This document shows positions 25,522-37,101 of a DNA stretch of 64,000 nucleotides, one piece after another. Every line of letters begins with the position of its first letter. Position 1 is the stretch's first letter. The stretch is from a virus. A program made the position numbers and the translations under genes. A model generated the notes under the pieces. The model worked only from the letters and a program-made list of their open reading frames with translations. It was not told where the DNA came from and did not search any database. The DNA is taken from IMG/VR virus record IMGVR_UViG_3300037485_000225, positions 1 through 64,000 of that record; one strand, written 5' to 3'.

Positions 25522-28500
25522 ATGGCTGATCAAGAAAAAGGGCAACAAAGCAATATTATACAAGAATATACTAATGCTAGAGCTGGACTAGATTTGGATT
25601 CTTCTGTAAATCAAATACAGAAGGGTAAGCTTACGTATGCTTTAAATGCTGCTGTTGAGAATTTTGATGGTAACTCTGTTAGTTATCAAAATGAGCCAGG
25701 TAATGAAGCATGTTTAACTTTTCCTGCAAACTATCATGTGATAGGTGAACATTTTATTCCAGAACAAAATAAGCATATATTCTTTTTGACTAATCCTGAA
25801 ACAAGAGGTTGTCAAATTGGATGGATAGAAAATAATGATTGTGAGTATGTTGAGTTCATAAGTGGAGATTGTCTTAATTTTAATATAGACTATCCAATAC
25901 TTAAAACTGTACACAAGATCACAAACTGTACTACAGAGATATATTGGACAGATGGACTTAACCCAAGAAGATATTTAAATTTAGATCCTAATAATAAACC
26001 ATGGACTACTATTTTTGTAGATGATAGTGTTTGTCAACCTGAAACTATTCTAACTCTTGATTGTAATAAATTAAAGGTTCAACCTAATTTTAACATTCCA
26101 TCATTGGAAGTAGTAGATGTTGTTAATGGGGGAGATCTAAAAGCTGGTGTATATCAGTTTGCTATTCAATATAGCAATGCTTCAGGAGATGGTTACACAT
26201 CTTATTATTCTGTAACCAATCCTACACCTATTGCTAACCCTGATCTTACTACAGCTAATTTTGATTATCCTGTAGGAAGATCTATTGTATTGAATATTGG
26301 TAACTTAGATATATCTGGATACTTCCAATATTATAATATAGCAGTCATTAAGACAATAAATAACATTACTTCTGTACAATTAATAGGTACACATTATATT
26401 GATGGTAGTTTAAAAGAAATAACTTATACAGGACAAAATGTTGCTGCTATTCCTCTTACACAAGCTGATATATTTGAGAAGTTTCCATTCTATGAAATAG
26501 CTCAAGATTTAACAGCTGTTCGTGACATATTAGTATGGGATAACCTTACATCTATTGATAGAATTAACTATCAATCAATTGCTAGCAAGATTAATCTATT
26601 GTGGCAAACTTATAAAATTCCTGCAACTGAAGACTATGCAGATGAAATAAATGCTACAAATTTAAGAGGATATTTAAGAGATGAGGTGTATGCCTTTGAA
26701 ATAGTATTCTTATTGAAGAACGGTAAGCAAACAGATGGTTTTCATATTCCTGGTAGAGTGCAAAACTTTAATGAGCTTTCTCAACCAGATGTACCATCAA
26801 CTGATCCAGATTTTATTGGAGAGGGAACAAGTGCTCCTTATTGGAAGATATATAATACAGCTTCTGTGATTGGAGATTCTCCACAAGCAGATGGTTATAA
26901 TATTGGTAATGCTACACCATATCAGTATGGTGAGTTTGCTTATTGGGAATCAGCTATAAACTATCCTTGTAATACAGAAGTGTGGGGAGATCTTGCAAAT
27001 ACACCTATTAGACATCATAAGTTTCCTGATGTTCTTGTAAGTCCTATATTTGAAAGTCCTACACCATTAATTGTTGCGGATAAGTATATTGTTGAAATGA
27101 TACCATCCCAGTCTGTTTTTCCTTTAGGTGTAAAAATAGATGCACAACAAGTTGCTCAATTAATATCAAGTTCTAATTTAACACAAGATCAAAAAGATGA
27201 TATTGTTGCATTTAAAATAGTTAGAGGAAATAGAAGTACAAATAGATCTATTGTAGCTAAAGGTATATTAAGAAATGTAGGTAAGTATGATAAAGAAGGA
27301 ACTTCTTATTACTACCCTAACTATCCATATAATGATCTTAATAAAGATCCATTCTTATTAGAAGAAAATAATGCTTATAATTCTCAATGTGATTCGTTTA
27401 AAGTGGTGGTAACTACAGCTGGTATTTTACAATATACTGATTGTAATACAGGAGAGATAGGTACAATGAATATGTATTTAGATACAACTAGTGTATGTTC
27501 AATAACTTTACCAACTATTACATCTGGAGAAGCAACTTTTACAAACGTCACATTAACTACCTACTCAATATCCTATGCAGGATCTGCTTTGCCTGGATAT
27601 ACAACAGTTCAATATACAGATCCTATAACTGGTCTTGCTGCATATGTCACTGTATATCATGAAATATATGGTGGACGTACAAAAGTTGTAAACTCAACAA
27701 CTATTCCTGTATTAATAGCTGGTAGTAAAAAGACTACAATAATAGGTACTAATACTAATAATAGAAATGTAGCATGTTATCCTGCTGAATTAGATGGATT
27801 TGCAACCACTCTAACTTACAATCCTAGATATAGAATGGTATTTAATTCTCCTGAAACTTCTTTTGGACAACCTACATTAGGTGATGTTCTTAAGTTGGAG
27901 AATGTAATGTTTGGTGCTGGTAGAGCTCATTTTGTAGAAGTGAAGAAGCATTCTATGTATAGACTATTAAGTCAAAGTGCTCAGGTGGATGCTTTAAATT
28001 CTAGTTATGAGATTGCTAATCAAACAGGCACATTAGATGTAACAGCAATGTTTACATGTTATCAAGCCTATTTACAAATATACATTAATGGTATTACAAG
28101 AAAGAATTATACATATTCTTATAACTCTGTAGCTGGATATGATTATAGTGCAGATATAGCAAATGGATTAGGTATTAAACAAAGAACTCTTGATAAATAT
28201 CAATATCTTATTCCTGGTGTTCAATCAATAGGAGAATCTTTTAATATTAACAACTGGAATAGAGAGTCTTCTGTTTATTTAAAAACAATAGATGTAAGAG
28301 ATTCAGCACCTGTAATTCCTCTTCCTTTTCCAAATGAAACACAATCTTTACAAACTAGTGCAGGAACTCTTATTAGTGACCAGTCAAGATTTACATTAAG
28401 TGAATTAGGAAGTTGTGCCACACCAGATATTCAAGAAGACATTAAGGTTGTTTCATATTATGGATCTATTAAGAATGTAGTTCCTAATCAGTGGGGAGAA

Positions 28501-30558
28501 ATATATTCTTATCAAGCTATTGATACAGGATTTCAAAGAAATGTATTAAATATACCAAGTGTAGCAAGTGATCCTGAAACTATATTTGGTGGAGATACCT
28601 TTATTGGTAAGTTTGCATTTAAAACAAAACTTCCTTTCTTTATTGATAATAGAGTAGGAGCTCCTGATGATTCGGATATATTTTATGATCAATTAGGTAA
28701 TATAGCCTATCCACAATATTGGTATTCAGGTAGATCTATAGTGAGTGATTATTTAGCAGGTGCTAAAGTTTTAAAGAATATCATTTCTGTTAAAGCTAAT
28801 AATCTTGACTGTCCTAATCTCTCAGCTGTTAGTGATAATACCACTACGACAACAACTAGTTCTAGTACAACTACTCCTCCAGGAACTGTTACAACGGGAT
28901 CATTAAATACATATTATGATGGTAAGATGTATTTATTTGCTTATGGTATTCCTTATTATTTTGTAGAGAGTTCTATAAATATAGACTTACGTCAAGCATT
29001 TAACAACTTAGAAGGTGACTTCTACCCACATGTAAGCTCAGGTATCCCTGATACTTGGTTACAAGAGTCAGTTGTACCTATTGCTTTTGACAACACTTAT
29101 ACATATAATGTAACTTATTCCAGACAGAATATAGAGAATTATTTCTCTCATCTTCCTGTAAATTGGGATAATAATCAATGTTATACAAACTTTCCATTTA
29201 GGGCAATCTATTCTGATCCTCAACAAAGCTATGTAGATAATAGAATTAACAGCTGGTTAATCTATCGTCCTATATCATTCTTTGATTTTCCTCAGAATTA
29301 TGGTGACCTTATATCATTAGATGGTATACAGAATAAAGCTGTATTAGCTAGATTTGAGAATAAGAGTTTGTTATATAACACTTTATTAACAATTGACACA
29401 AGCAATCCACAAGCTGCTTATATAGGTAATAATAAATTATTTAGTTCTGCTCCTGCTGTAGATTTTGCTGAAACAGATCTTGGTTATGTAGGAAGTCAAA
29501 ATAAATTCTTATTAAAGATTCCTCAAGGACAAATAACGATAGATGCTAAAAGAGGACAGGTTTTCTTAATATCAGGAAATTCTGCTGTTGATATAACATC
29601 GTTTGGTTCTGGTGTAAATAGATTCTTTACAGATCATTTAGCATTTGAAATTCTTAGATATTTCCCTACAGTAGATATAGATAATCATTTTAATGGTTGT
29701 GGATTACATGGTGTATATGACTCTAAGTTTGATAGAATTATTATTACAAAGCTTGATTATATACCTATCAATCCTAATATAAAGTATGATGAAGCTACAC
29801 AAGATTTCTATATAGATAGAGATTATACACAAGTTCCTCCTCCTCCATTAACTGTGAGAAAGATAGTTAAATTAACAGATAGAGAGTATTTCTGTAACAA
29901 GAGCTTTACAATGTCTTTCAACTTTAATACAAAAAGTTGGATTAGCTATCATACCTATCTTCCTAATTTCTATCTTGGAGATAGTAACTTCTTCTATTCT
30001 GGATTAAATGAAGGGTGTGATGTTGAAGCAATAGCTGTTACAATAATTCCTTCATCAACCACCACAACTACCACAACAGTTATAGTAAATTGTAACTTGA
30101 ATGGTACAGCAGTGTATGTTCCAGATAATTGTGAATTAGATGGTACAGCAGTTTGTGATGATTGTACAACAACCACTACAACAACTACTACCATAACACC
30201 AACAACAGTTAGATTAGATTGGAATGTGGGTCAACAATCAGGAGGGGCATTAGTAATATTTAACAACGCAATGTCTCAATTATTGAACATAACATCTACT
30301 GCAGGAAGTGCTCAAAGCGGAACAATATATCCATTGATAAGTGAATTGCCTTATACAATTAGAGGTGAGTGGGTAGCAGGTTCAGGTAACATTATACAAT
30401 TTAATTTATGTGATATAACAGCTGGTGGAACAATATATACAAGTGGACCAATTACTAATGTAGAGGGATATGAGGATTACTTGGTAACTCCAACTCCTGT
30501 TTACGGATTAGTAAACTTAACTGCACAAAATGTAACACCTCCTACTTGTCCTGTATAA
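25522..30558 (+). CDS. giant tail/baseplate-type structural protein (1678 aa) with several poly-Thr linkers
   Basis: Continuous 5-kb ORF. Linkers TTTTTTSSSTTTPPG, SSTTTTTTTVIV and TTTTTTTTITPTTV separate apparent domains. No catalytic motif recognised. Confidence 0.55.
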   Translation: MADQEKGQQSNIIQEYTNARAGLDLDSSVNQIQKGKLTYALNAAVENFDGNSVSYQNEPGNEACLTFPANYHVIGEHFIPEQNKHIFFLTNPETRGCQIGWIENNDCEYVEFISGDCLNFNIDYPILKTVHKITNCTTEIYWTDGLNPRRYLNLDPNNKPWTTIFVDDSVCQPETILTLDCNKLKVQPNFNIPSLEVVDVVNGGDLKAGVYQFAIQYSNASGDGYTSYYSVTNPTPIANPDLTTANFDYPVGRSIVLNIGNLDISGYFQYYNIAVIKTINNITSVQLIGTHYIDGSLKEITYTGQNVAAIPLTQADIFEKFPFYEIAQDLTAVRDILVWDNLTSIDRINYQSIASKINLLWQTYKIPATEDYADEINATNLRGYLRDEVYAFEIVFLLKNGKQTDGFHIPGRVQNFNELSQPDVPSTDPDFIGEGTSAPYWKIYNTASVIGDSPQADGYNIGNATPYQYGEFAYWESAINYPCNTEVWGDLANTPIRHHKFPDVLVSPIFESPTPLIVADKYIVEMIPSQSVFPLGVKIDAQQVAQLISSSNLTQDQKDDIVAFKIVRGNRSTNRSIVAKGILRNVGKYDKEGTSYYYPNYPYNDLNKDPFLLEENNAYNSQCDSFKVVVTTAGILQYTDCNTGEIGTMNMYLDTTSVCSITLPTITSGEATFTNVTLTTYSISYAGSALPGYTTVQYTDPITGLAAYVTVYHEIYGGRTKVVNSTTIPVLIAGSKKTTIIGTNTNNRNVACYPAELDGFATTLTYNPRYRMVFNSPETSFGQPTLGDVLKLENVMFGAGRAHFVEVKKHSMYRLLSQSAQVDALNSSYEIANQTGTLDVTAMFTCYQAYLQIYINGITRKNYTYSYNSVAGYDYSADIANGLGIKQRTLDKYQYLIPGVQSIGESFNINNWNRESSVYLKTIDVRDSAPVIPLPFPNETQSLQTSAGTLISDQSRFTLSELGSCATPDIQEDIKVVSYYGSIKNVVPNQWGEIYSYQAIDTGFQRNVLNIPSVASDPETIFGGDTFIGKFAFKTKLPFFIDNRVGAPDDSDIFYDQLGNIAYPQYWYSGRSIVSDYLAGAKVLKNIISVKANNLDCPNLSAVSDNTTTTTTSSSTTTPPGTVTTGSLNTYYDGKMYLFAYGIPYYFVESSINIDLRQAFNNLEGDFYPHVSSGIPDTWLQESVVPIAFDNTYTYNVTYSRQNIENYFSHLPVNWDNNQCYTNFPFRAIYSDPQQSYVDNRINSWLIYRPISFFDFPQNYGDLISLDGIQNKAVLARFENKSLLYNTLLTIDTSNPQAAYIGNNKLFSSAPAVDFAETDLGYVGSQNKFLLKIPQGQITIDAKRGQVFLISGNSAVDITSFGSGVNRFFTDHLAFEILRYFPTVDIDNHFNGCGLHGVYDSKFDRIIITKLDYIPINPNIKYDEATQDFYIDRDYTQVPPPPLTVRKIVKLTDREYFCNKSFTMSFNFNTKSWISYHTYLPNFYLGDSNFFYSGLNEGCDVEAIAVTIIPSSTTTTTTTVIVNCNLNGTAVYVPDNCELDGTAVCDDCTTTTTTTTTITPTTVRLDWNVGQQSGGALVIFNNAMSQLLNITSTAGSAQSGTIYPLISELPYTIRGEWVAGSGNIIQFNLCDITAGGTIYTSGPITNVEGYEDYLVTPTPVYGLVNLTAQNVTPPTCPV

Positions 30559-30576
30559 TAATATAAATATTAATAA

Positions 30577-31443
30577 ATGTCTCAAACAGTTGTAATAAGA
30601 TTAACGTGTGCTGGAAACAGAACAGGCCCTTTTGATATCTCAGATAACTTAGATAATGTATTAGGTGTGGGCATATCCAAGCAAAATCTTATTGATGGAT
30701 ATACAGTGAGTGTTGATGATGCTGTAACTACTATTATTATAGAATCTGTAGGAAAATGTAACACTCGCATAGATGTAAGTATTGGTACAGCTACTATAGA
30801 AGAATTAGCTGCTATCAGATTTATAGAATGTAACACAGCTTCTCTTTGGAAACATCTTACTAATACAACAATTTATAATAAGTATTATGGTAATATAGAA
30901 CCTTATATAATAGAATATCCTTTTGCTTATCAATACTATGATGAAATCCTTCAGAATGTAAAAGACTATACAAAGGCATATAAGTATTTACCTATTTCAG
31001 ATGGTGTGTTTAATGACAATGCTCAGATACAAACAGATAACCAATGGTTTAATAAAGCTATTGTGTATAATGGACAACAGTCTTCTGGGGTGCTTGAGTT
31101 AGTTCCTAAGCCTATAAACAACCTTAATGAATATTTAAAATATCCTATATATAACGAAGAAAGTAAAACTATCACTTATACTAAGAGTGATAATTTTTAT
31201 GGATATAATACATTTTGGAGTCTTGTTAAAAATAAATCCGTACCTTTGTTTACAACAAGTTGTGAGTCATTATCAATCGATAAGGTTGTAAATCAAGTGA
31301 ATATGGATTATGGAAAAAGATCATTTAAGAAAGAACCATTGAGAGCTAAAGATTTAAAGGTGAGACATATTTTAGATAATAGCTCTGAGGCACATTTGGT
31401 TAGTCAATTCATTGTTACACCTGCTCAAATCTCTTATAAGTAA
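30577..31443 (+). CDS. hypothetical protein with TGPFD N-domain (paralogue of the 21370 N-terminus)
   Basis: Shared N-domain as described under 21370; follows a giant tail gene just as 21370 does. Confidence 0.5.
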   Translation: MSQTVVIRLTCAGNRTGPFDISDNLDNVLGVGISKQNLIDGYTVSVDDAVTTIIIESVGKCNTRIDVSIGTATIEELAAIRFIECNTASLWKHLTNTTIYNKYYGNIEPYIIEYPFAYQYYDEILQNVKDYTKAYKYLPISDGVFNDNAQIQTDNQWFNKAIVYNGQQSSGVLELVPKPINNLNEYLKYPIYNEESKTITYTKSDNFYGYNTFWSLVKNKSVPLFTTSCESLSIDKVVNQVNMDYGKRSFKKEPLRAKDLKVRHILDNSSEAHLVSQFIVTPAQISYK

Positions 31444-33794
31444 TGGCAAAGTGGTTAAGTAAATATGAACAAGGAGGAATGGTCTTAAAACAAAAGACTC
31501 ATGACAACTATGGCAAGAAGCCTAACCCTAATGATGTACAAGCATCTGTAGGTCCAGACTTTGTAGGGCTTGGATATAATACTAAGGGTAGAAACTATTC
31601 TCCTGCATGGGGAGGACAGTTTCAGAATGGTGGATTCTTACAACCTAATAGTTCTAAGTTACCAGAGGGATATGTAATACCATATAATACTCCTAGCACT
31701 GAACTAGCTATGTCTATAGGTGGAGAAGAAGGAGAACCAGCTTATTTGATTCCTTCATTTAAGGGTGGTAAGAAATTAAAAGATCCTATTGCTGAATATA
31801 AAAAGACAGGCGAGCATTTAGGTGGTCCATTTAAAACATGGCAAGAAGCTGAGAAGTTTGGTGAGATGAGACATAATTATGTAGAGAAAGGACAATCACT
31901 TCCTTCTCCATTAAAGTGGTGGGATGATATGCAAATGGGTGGTGCCTTACCAGGTGCTACAGGAATGATGTACGCACGTACACAAGATCCTGCCCCTAGC
32001 AATGGTAAGTATGCTAAGAAGACATTAGCTTCTGCTCAGAATGGTAAAGAGATGCCTAAAGCTTATTGGGCTAGTAATGATGAAAGAGATGCTTATAGAA
32101 AGAATTTAAAAGCTGCTGCAGAAGCTGCATTAACTAACAATGCTTCAGATGAAGATTTATTAATAAATACATCATATCATAATATTGATGAAGGTAATAA
32201 TTGTATAAGTGGTGTTTGTGGATTAAATCGTAAAGCTGGGTTAGCTTATAATAAACCTACAGATAATGATAGATTCTTAAGCGGAGAGAAGTTTGCACAA
32301 GCTGTAGCTAAAGGAGATGAAGATTATTATCAAGTGAGTGGTAACTTTCAACCAGGAGACCATTTACAATATAGACATAAAGAAGGATCTAGTAGTCATA
32401 ACAAGATTATATATGATATACAAGTAGATGATAAGGGGGAGAAGATGTATAAAGTTATAGATAATGCTGGTGGTAAAGACATGCGTTCTAGAGACTATAC
32501 AGAAGCTGAACTAAAAGAATTAGTAGAAAAAGGTGGTGGAGGATATGATAAAGTTAACATATACAGACCTGGATATAATCTAGATAAGCCTTTATTAGAT
32601 AAAGAAAGAGAAGCTAAAACTTCTCCAGAAGCTAGAGCTGCTTTGGCAGAACGTAAGAATATACAAGAGTGGGATGCTTCTCACAATCCTGGATTTGATT
32701 ATAGTATTAGACCTGATAGTGAATTCTATAATAAGCAACCAGAAGGAATGAAGAAGTTTGTTGAATTTGCTAATAATGATGCAAAGGTTACTGCATTAGC
32801 TAAAAAGCTTAATGTTGGTAAAGATATAATACATGACCAATTATTAAATACATTTGGTGAGCTAGGACAGGAAAACAAATGGGAAGACCCATGGTTTGGT
32901 GGAGATTTATCTAAAGGAAAATCTCCTATACCAATTCCTTTTGAAAGTACAATAGAAAGAATATTTAGTCCTGGTAGTATGTCAATAGGTCCAGGTCAAA
33001 TTAAATATAAAACACTTGATCCTGAATTAAAAAAACAGTTTGGTATTAATAGACCAAAGGATTTACATGATTTTGATAAAGTGATTCCTTTGATGACTGC
33101 TATTAATGTTAAGAACAAAAAATGGATGGAAAATCAGGGAGATGACCTATCTACTAAATTAGTAGGTAATCCTGGAACTTCTGCTGATGAAATCAAATAT
33201 GGTGTAGATAGATGGGTACCTTATGCTTATCAAGGATTACCTACTGATCCAGTTGCTTCTGTAAGAAGAGACGCTCAAGAGAATGTTAATTCATATAGAA
33301 TGTCTACAAAAGATAGAGAAGAGTACATTAATAATTATATTAAGAAAAATATTGATCCTGATAAACTAAAAACATTTGATGAAGGTTCTTATGCAGGAAG
33401 AGTATATGACTTAATTGATAAAAACTTAAGTAGAACTATGCCAGCTCAAAACTATGAACAATATAATGAGCTAATGCCTGTTACAGTGAAGTCTAAAAAG
33501 AAGATGCAGAATGGTGGAGAGATGGCTTTTTATCAAAATGGACTAGACTGGAAACCTAAGACTATAAGTAAGAATGGTTCTATAATTAAAGATGATATGG
33601 GTCAATGGGCTCATCCAGGTGAGATTACAGAAATAGATTCTAATGAAATTACAATGGAAGGAGTTCCTTATGATGTAATTGGTGTATCAGATGAAGGAGA
33701 TATAAAAGATATGAAACCAGGAAAAAACTATAAATTCAAAGGAAGTAAAGTTACAGAATATCCTAAGGGTGGCTGGTTAAACAAATATAAATAA
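31443..33794 (+). CDS. large virion/ejection protein with putative NlpC/P60- or CHAP-like cysteine peptidase (cell-wall hydrolase) domain
   Basis: NNCISGVCGL (Cys) ... QPGDHLQYRH...SHNKIIYD (His) resembles DCSG...PGDL.FF...HVGIY.G of NlpC/P60 (about nt 32150-32480). Q-N-G-G motifs recur and are shared with the next ORF. Confidence 0.4.
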   Translation: MAKWLSKYEQGGMVLKQKTHDNYGKKPNPNDVQASVGPDFVGLGYNTKGRNYSPAWGGQFQNGGFLQPNSSKLPEGYVIPYNTPSTELAMSIGGEEGEPAYLIPSFKGGKKLKDPIAEYKKTGEHLGGPFKTWQEAEKFGEMRHNYVEKGQSLPSPLKWWDDMQMGGALPGATGMMYARTQDPAPSNGKYAKKTLASAQNGKEMPKAYWASNDERDAYRKNLKAAAEAALTNNASDEDLLINTSYHNIDEGNNCISGVCGLNRKAGLAYNKPTDNDRFLSGEKFAQAVAKGDEDYYQVSGNFQPGDHLQYRHKEGSSSHNKIIYDIQVDDKGEKMYKVIDNAGGKDMRSRDYTEAELKELVEKGGGGYDKVNIYRPGYNLDKPLLDKEREAKTSPEARAALAERKNIQEWDASHNPGFDYSIRPDSEFYNKQPEGMKKFVEFANNDAKVTALAKKLNVGKDIIHDQLLNTFGELGQENKWEDPWFGGDLSKGKSPIPIPFESTIERIFSPGSMSIGPGQIKYKTLDPELKKQFGINRPKDLHDFDKVIPLMTAINVKNKKWMENQGDDLSTKLVGNPGTSADEIKYGVDRWVPYAYQGLPTDPVASVRRDAQENVNSYRMSTKDREEYINNYIKKNIDPDKLKTFDEGSYAGRVYDLIDKNLSRTMPAQNYEQYNELMPVTVKSKKKMQNGGEMAFYQNGLDWKPKTISKNGSIIKDDMGQWAHPGEITEIDSNEITMEGVPYDVIGVSDEGDIKDMKPGKNYKFKGSKVTEYPKGGWLNKYK

Positions 33795-33814
33795 ATCATA
33801 CAATAGAGTATAAT

Positions 33815-36800
33815 ATGAAAGACCAAATGTTAAAAATAGCTAAAGTAAAATCTGAGAAGGAGTTCTATAAAAAGTATCCTACAGAAGAAGCATTTATGGC
33901 TAAGCACGGTAAAGCTTTGAAGAAAGCTGCTATGGGTACCCAGATGGTTCAAACACAGTTAAAACAATTAACTGACTTTGGTAATCCTCCTATAGCCCAA
34001 AATGGTGCAGGAATTATTCCTTTTGAGGATGCAAGAACTAAAGCTCAAGCTACTATATTAGGTATAACTCCTGAGGAACTAATAAAGCGACAAGAGGCTG
34101 AAGCTGCTCAAGCTGCTCAAACTGCTACTGGTGGAGCTAATGATATAATGGGTCAATTAGCATCTTTTATTACTCCTGAGATGATAGCAGGTCTTGCTGC
34201 AAAGAATGGTTATAGTCTTTCAAAAGCTTATGATGGTGATGTACTTGATGCAAGTTATATTCCTATGGATCGAAAAACTCTTACAGCTCCTGATATGTCT
34301 TCTTTAAGTAAAAAATTATCTGATCCTGCTTTTCAAAAACAAGCTACAACTAATGTGGGAAACATAAAACCTAAAGCAGGACTTGATTTTAAAGGTGCAG
34401 GAATGTCAGCACTTAGTGCACTTCCTCAACTTATTGGTGATGTACAAGCTATAGGAGAAAGAAAAAAACAAAAGAAAGAATTAAAAAAAGGAGTGGATGT
34501 AAGCGATCTTGTAAGAAGAGCTGCTGAATCAAGACCTATATATCAACCTAATCAACAAATATGGCATCCTTGGGATAAACCAGCACAACCTGGAGAATTA
34601 TATAATTCTTATGGATCAAATACAAACTTTTTAACAGCAGCTAATGGTACACAGATTCAAAATACCTATGCTCCTACAAATACATTATATGATGATCTTG
34701 GATATGAACCATTGAATGAAAGTGATGTTAAGCAATATGATAAAGGTGGTAAAGTTAAGAAAGCTCAGTTTGGTATAGATATGCTTGCAGCTCCTGCAGG
34801 AAGTCTTGGTAGTGGACTAGGTAGCTCACTTGCTGGTGGAGGTTTTAAAGGAAGTCCTGAAGGAAATATTGGTTCTACTGTAGGAGCAATTGCTGGACAA
34901 CTTCTTATTCCTATTCCTGGTGTAGGAGCTATAATTGGTGGTGCACTTGGTGGATTATTTGGAGGTCTTATTGGAGGAGATGAACAAAGACAAATGGAAG
35001 AACTTCAAAATCAATATTCAAACAATACAGATCTTGCAGCAGGACAATCAGTTATACAAAGTATAGATCAACAATTTGGTGGAAGTAGAAAAGATGGTGG
35101 ATGGGTAAGTCATGATTGGCAGCCACAGGTTATCACAACCTTTGGTGAACATAAAGTTAAAGACTTGTTAAAACCTCCTTATGATGCAGATATGTTAAGA
35201 GCTGGTGGTAGTGTTGGATTTGAACATTATACACCTCCTAGTGCAGAAGCTATGTTTACAGGAAGACGTGATGTTCCTTATCAAATGGATAATGGTGGAA
35301 GAATGAATTCTACTAATATGATGTTTGATACAGATAAATATCCAAGAGCTGCACATGGTGCACAAGTAGCTTTAGATGGTGAGTTAAAAGTACATGAGGG
35401 TAAAGCTGAAACAATTTCTTATAATCCATTTTTACCTAAAGGTGGAGAGACAGTTATGTTTAAAGGCCCTTCTCACGCTAATGGTGGTATGGATATTTCT
35501 TATGGACAGAATGGTGTAGAGGTGGAAGGTGGTGAACCAGGAGTTGTATTAAAAGATGGTGGCGATGTACAAAAAGATGATAGTCTTGTAATATATGGTA
35601 ATATCAAATTTGATAAAACTGGTGCAGAACAATTAGGTGATCCAGATGCTGAAGGCCAAAAAATTAAAAACTATATGGATGATTTAAGTAAGTTTGAGAA
35701 TAAACAAAATAAGCTTAGAGAAAAAGGTCTTAAATTAATAGATGAAACTGACTTATTAAAAATGGGAACTGTAGAAGCTATAGATTTAGGAACAACTATG
35801 AATTTCAAAACTGCTGCTCAAAGAAAGATAGATGGTGCTGCTATACAAGAAGCTTATAATAAAACTGCTAAGGAGTATGGATACAAAGATGCAGGGAAGT
35901 TTATAGATGATGTTCGTAAAGGATCTGTTAAACAGCTTGAACCTATTGATGATTCAGAAACAGCTCAAGATGGTGCTATATTAAATGATTCAGTAAGTAA
36001 AGCATTGGCTAAGATGAAGACTCAAGGAAAAGGAATTCCTACAATGAAGACTCCAAATCCTTTAGCTGCAATTAATCAATCAAGACTAAATGCTATTGGA
36101 ACATATGGACAAGTGCCTACTGGTGGTTTACAAAGTAATCCAACAATGAATATACCAGGAGCTAGACAAGCTTCAGCAGTGCCAGGATTTACAGCAGACA
36201 CAACAGATATAACATCTAAGAATGATAAATGGAAAGATATATTAAGAGCAGTTTCAAGTGTTGTTCCTATGTTAAGACCTAGTAATGCACAACCTTTAGA
36301 TCCTAGTCAATTGTCTGGTGAGATGTTAGCTTTAGCTTCTAATCAATTAGAAGGGGTTCAAGCTCAGTCATTCCAACCAATGCTAGATCAGCCTTATGAC
36401 ATCTCTCTACAAGATCAAATCAATATGATAGATGCTCAAACTAATGCTGCTATTAGAGCTATAGGTATTGATCCTGCTGCACAATCTCAGCTTATGGCTA
36501 ATGCTATTGAAGCTAAAAATAGAGTGTTAGGAGAGGAGTTTAGAATGAATCAAGCTAATAAAGCTGGTATATATGCTAAGAATAGAGACTTGATAAATCA
36601 GTCTACTCTTCAAAATTTACAGATCTTTGATAAACAATATGAAAGACAATCTCAAGCTAAGAGCAATACTAAGGCTCAAGCTATTGGTGCATTAAACTCA
36701 ATCAATTCTAAAATTGCTCAGAACAAGTTGGAAAACAAGCAGTTAGGTGTATATGAGAATTTATATGGATATAGATTTGGATCTAATGGACAGGCTTACA

Positions 36801-37015
36801 ATCTAAACGGTCTTGCCCAATTTAATGTTCCTACAGTGGATTCAATGGCTAGAACATCATCAAATGGTACTATGGATATTAATGGTAAGAAATATCGTCC
36901 TATTGATTATGATAATAAAACAGGAGTTCCTACTAAATTTGAACTAGCTGCTAACACTGGTGCTAAGATAAAAGCTAGAAATAGTTCCATTGTAAAAGCT
37001 GTAAAATCACTCTAA
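33815..37015 (+). CDS. large virion protein with glycine-zipper membrane-like segment (ejection or tape-measure-like)
   Basis: GAIAGQLLIPIPGVGAIIGGALGGLFGGLIGG at about nt 34880-34980; QNGG motifs; C-terminal Q/N-rich coiled regions. Confidence 0.45.
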   Translation: MKDQMLKIAKVKSEKEFYKKYPTEEAFMAKHGKALKKAAMGTQMVQTQLKQLTDFGNPPIAQNGAGIIPFEDARTKAQATILGITPEELIKRQEAEAAQAAQTATGGANDIMGQLASFITPEMIAGLAAKNGYSLSKAYDGDVLDASYIPMDRKTLTAPDMSSLSKKLSDPAFQKQATTNVGNIKPKAGLDFKGAGMSALSALPQLIGDVQAIGERKKQKKELKKGVDVSDLVRRAAESRPIYQPNQQIWHPWDKPAQPGELYNSYGSNTNFLTAANGTQIQNTYAPTNTLYDDLGYEPLNESDVKQYDKGGKVKKAQFGIDMLAAPAGSLGSGLGSSLAGGGFKGSPEGNIGSTVGAIAGQLLIPIPGVGAIIGGALGGLFGGLIGGDEQRQMEELQNQYSNNTDLAAGQSVIQSIDQQFGGSRKDGGWVSHDWQPQVITTFGEHKVKDLLKPPYDADMLRAGGSVGFEHYTPPSAEAMFTGRRDVPYQMDNGGRMNSTNMMFDTDKYPRAAHGAQVALDGELKVHEGKAETISYNPFLPKGGETVMFKGPSHANGGMDISYGQNGVEVEGGEPGVVLKDGGDVQKDDSLVIYGNIKFDKTGAEQLGDPDAEGQKIKNYMDDLSKFENKQNKLREKGLKLIDETDLLKMGTVEAIDLGTTMNFKTAAQRKIDGAAIQEAYNKTAKEYGYKDAGKFIDDVRKGSVKQLEPIDDSETAQDGAILNDSVSKALAKMKTQGKGIPTMKTPNPLAAINQSRLNAIGTYGQVPTGGLQSNPTMNIPGARQASAVPGFTADTTDITSKNDKWKDILRAVSSVVPMLRPSNAQPLDPSQLSGEMLALASNQLEGVQAQSFQPMLDQPYDISLQDQINMIDAQTNAAIRAIGIDPAAQSQLMANAIEAKNRVLGEEFRMNQANKAGIYAKNRDLINQSTLQNLQIFDKQYERQSQAKSNTKAQAIGALNSINSKIAQNKLENKQLGVYENLYGYRFGSNGQAYNLNGLAQFNVPTVDSMARTSSNGTMDINGKKYRPIDYDNKTGVPTKFELAANTGAKIKARNSSIVKAVKSL

Positions 37016-37101
37016 CTAACTCAGTTATACCAGATTAACGAAAGTCGTTATTTGTCTTGGTATATAAAATAATTTAAATTACATTTGCTAATTCTAAAAC
37101 T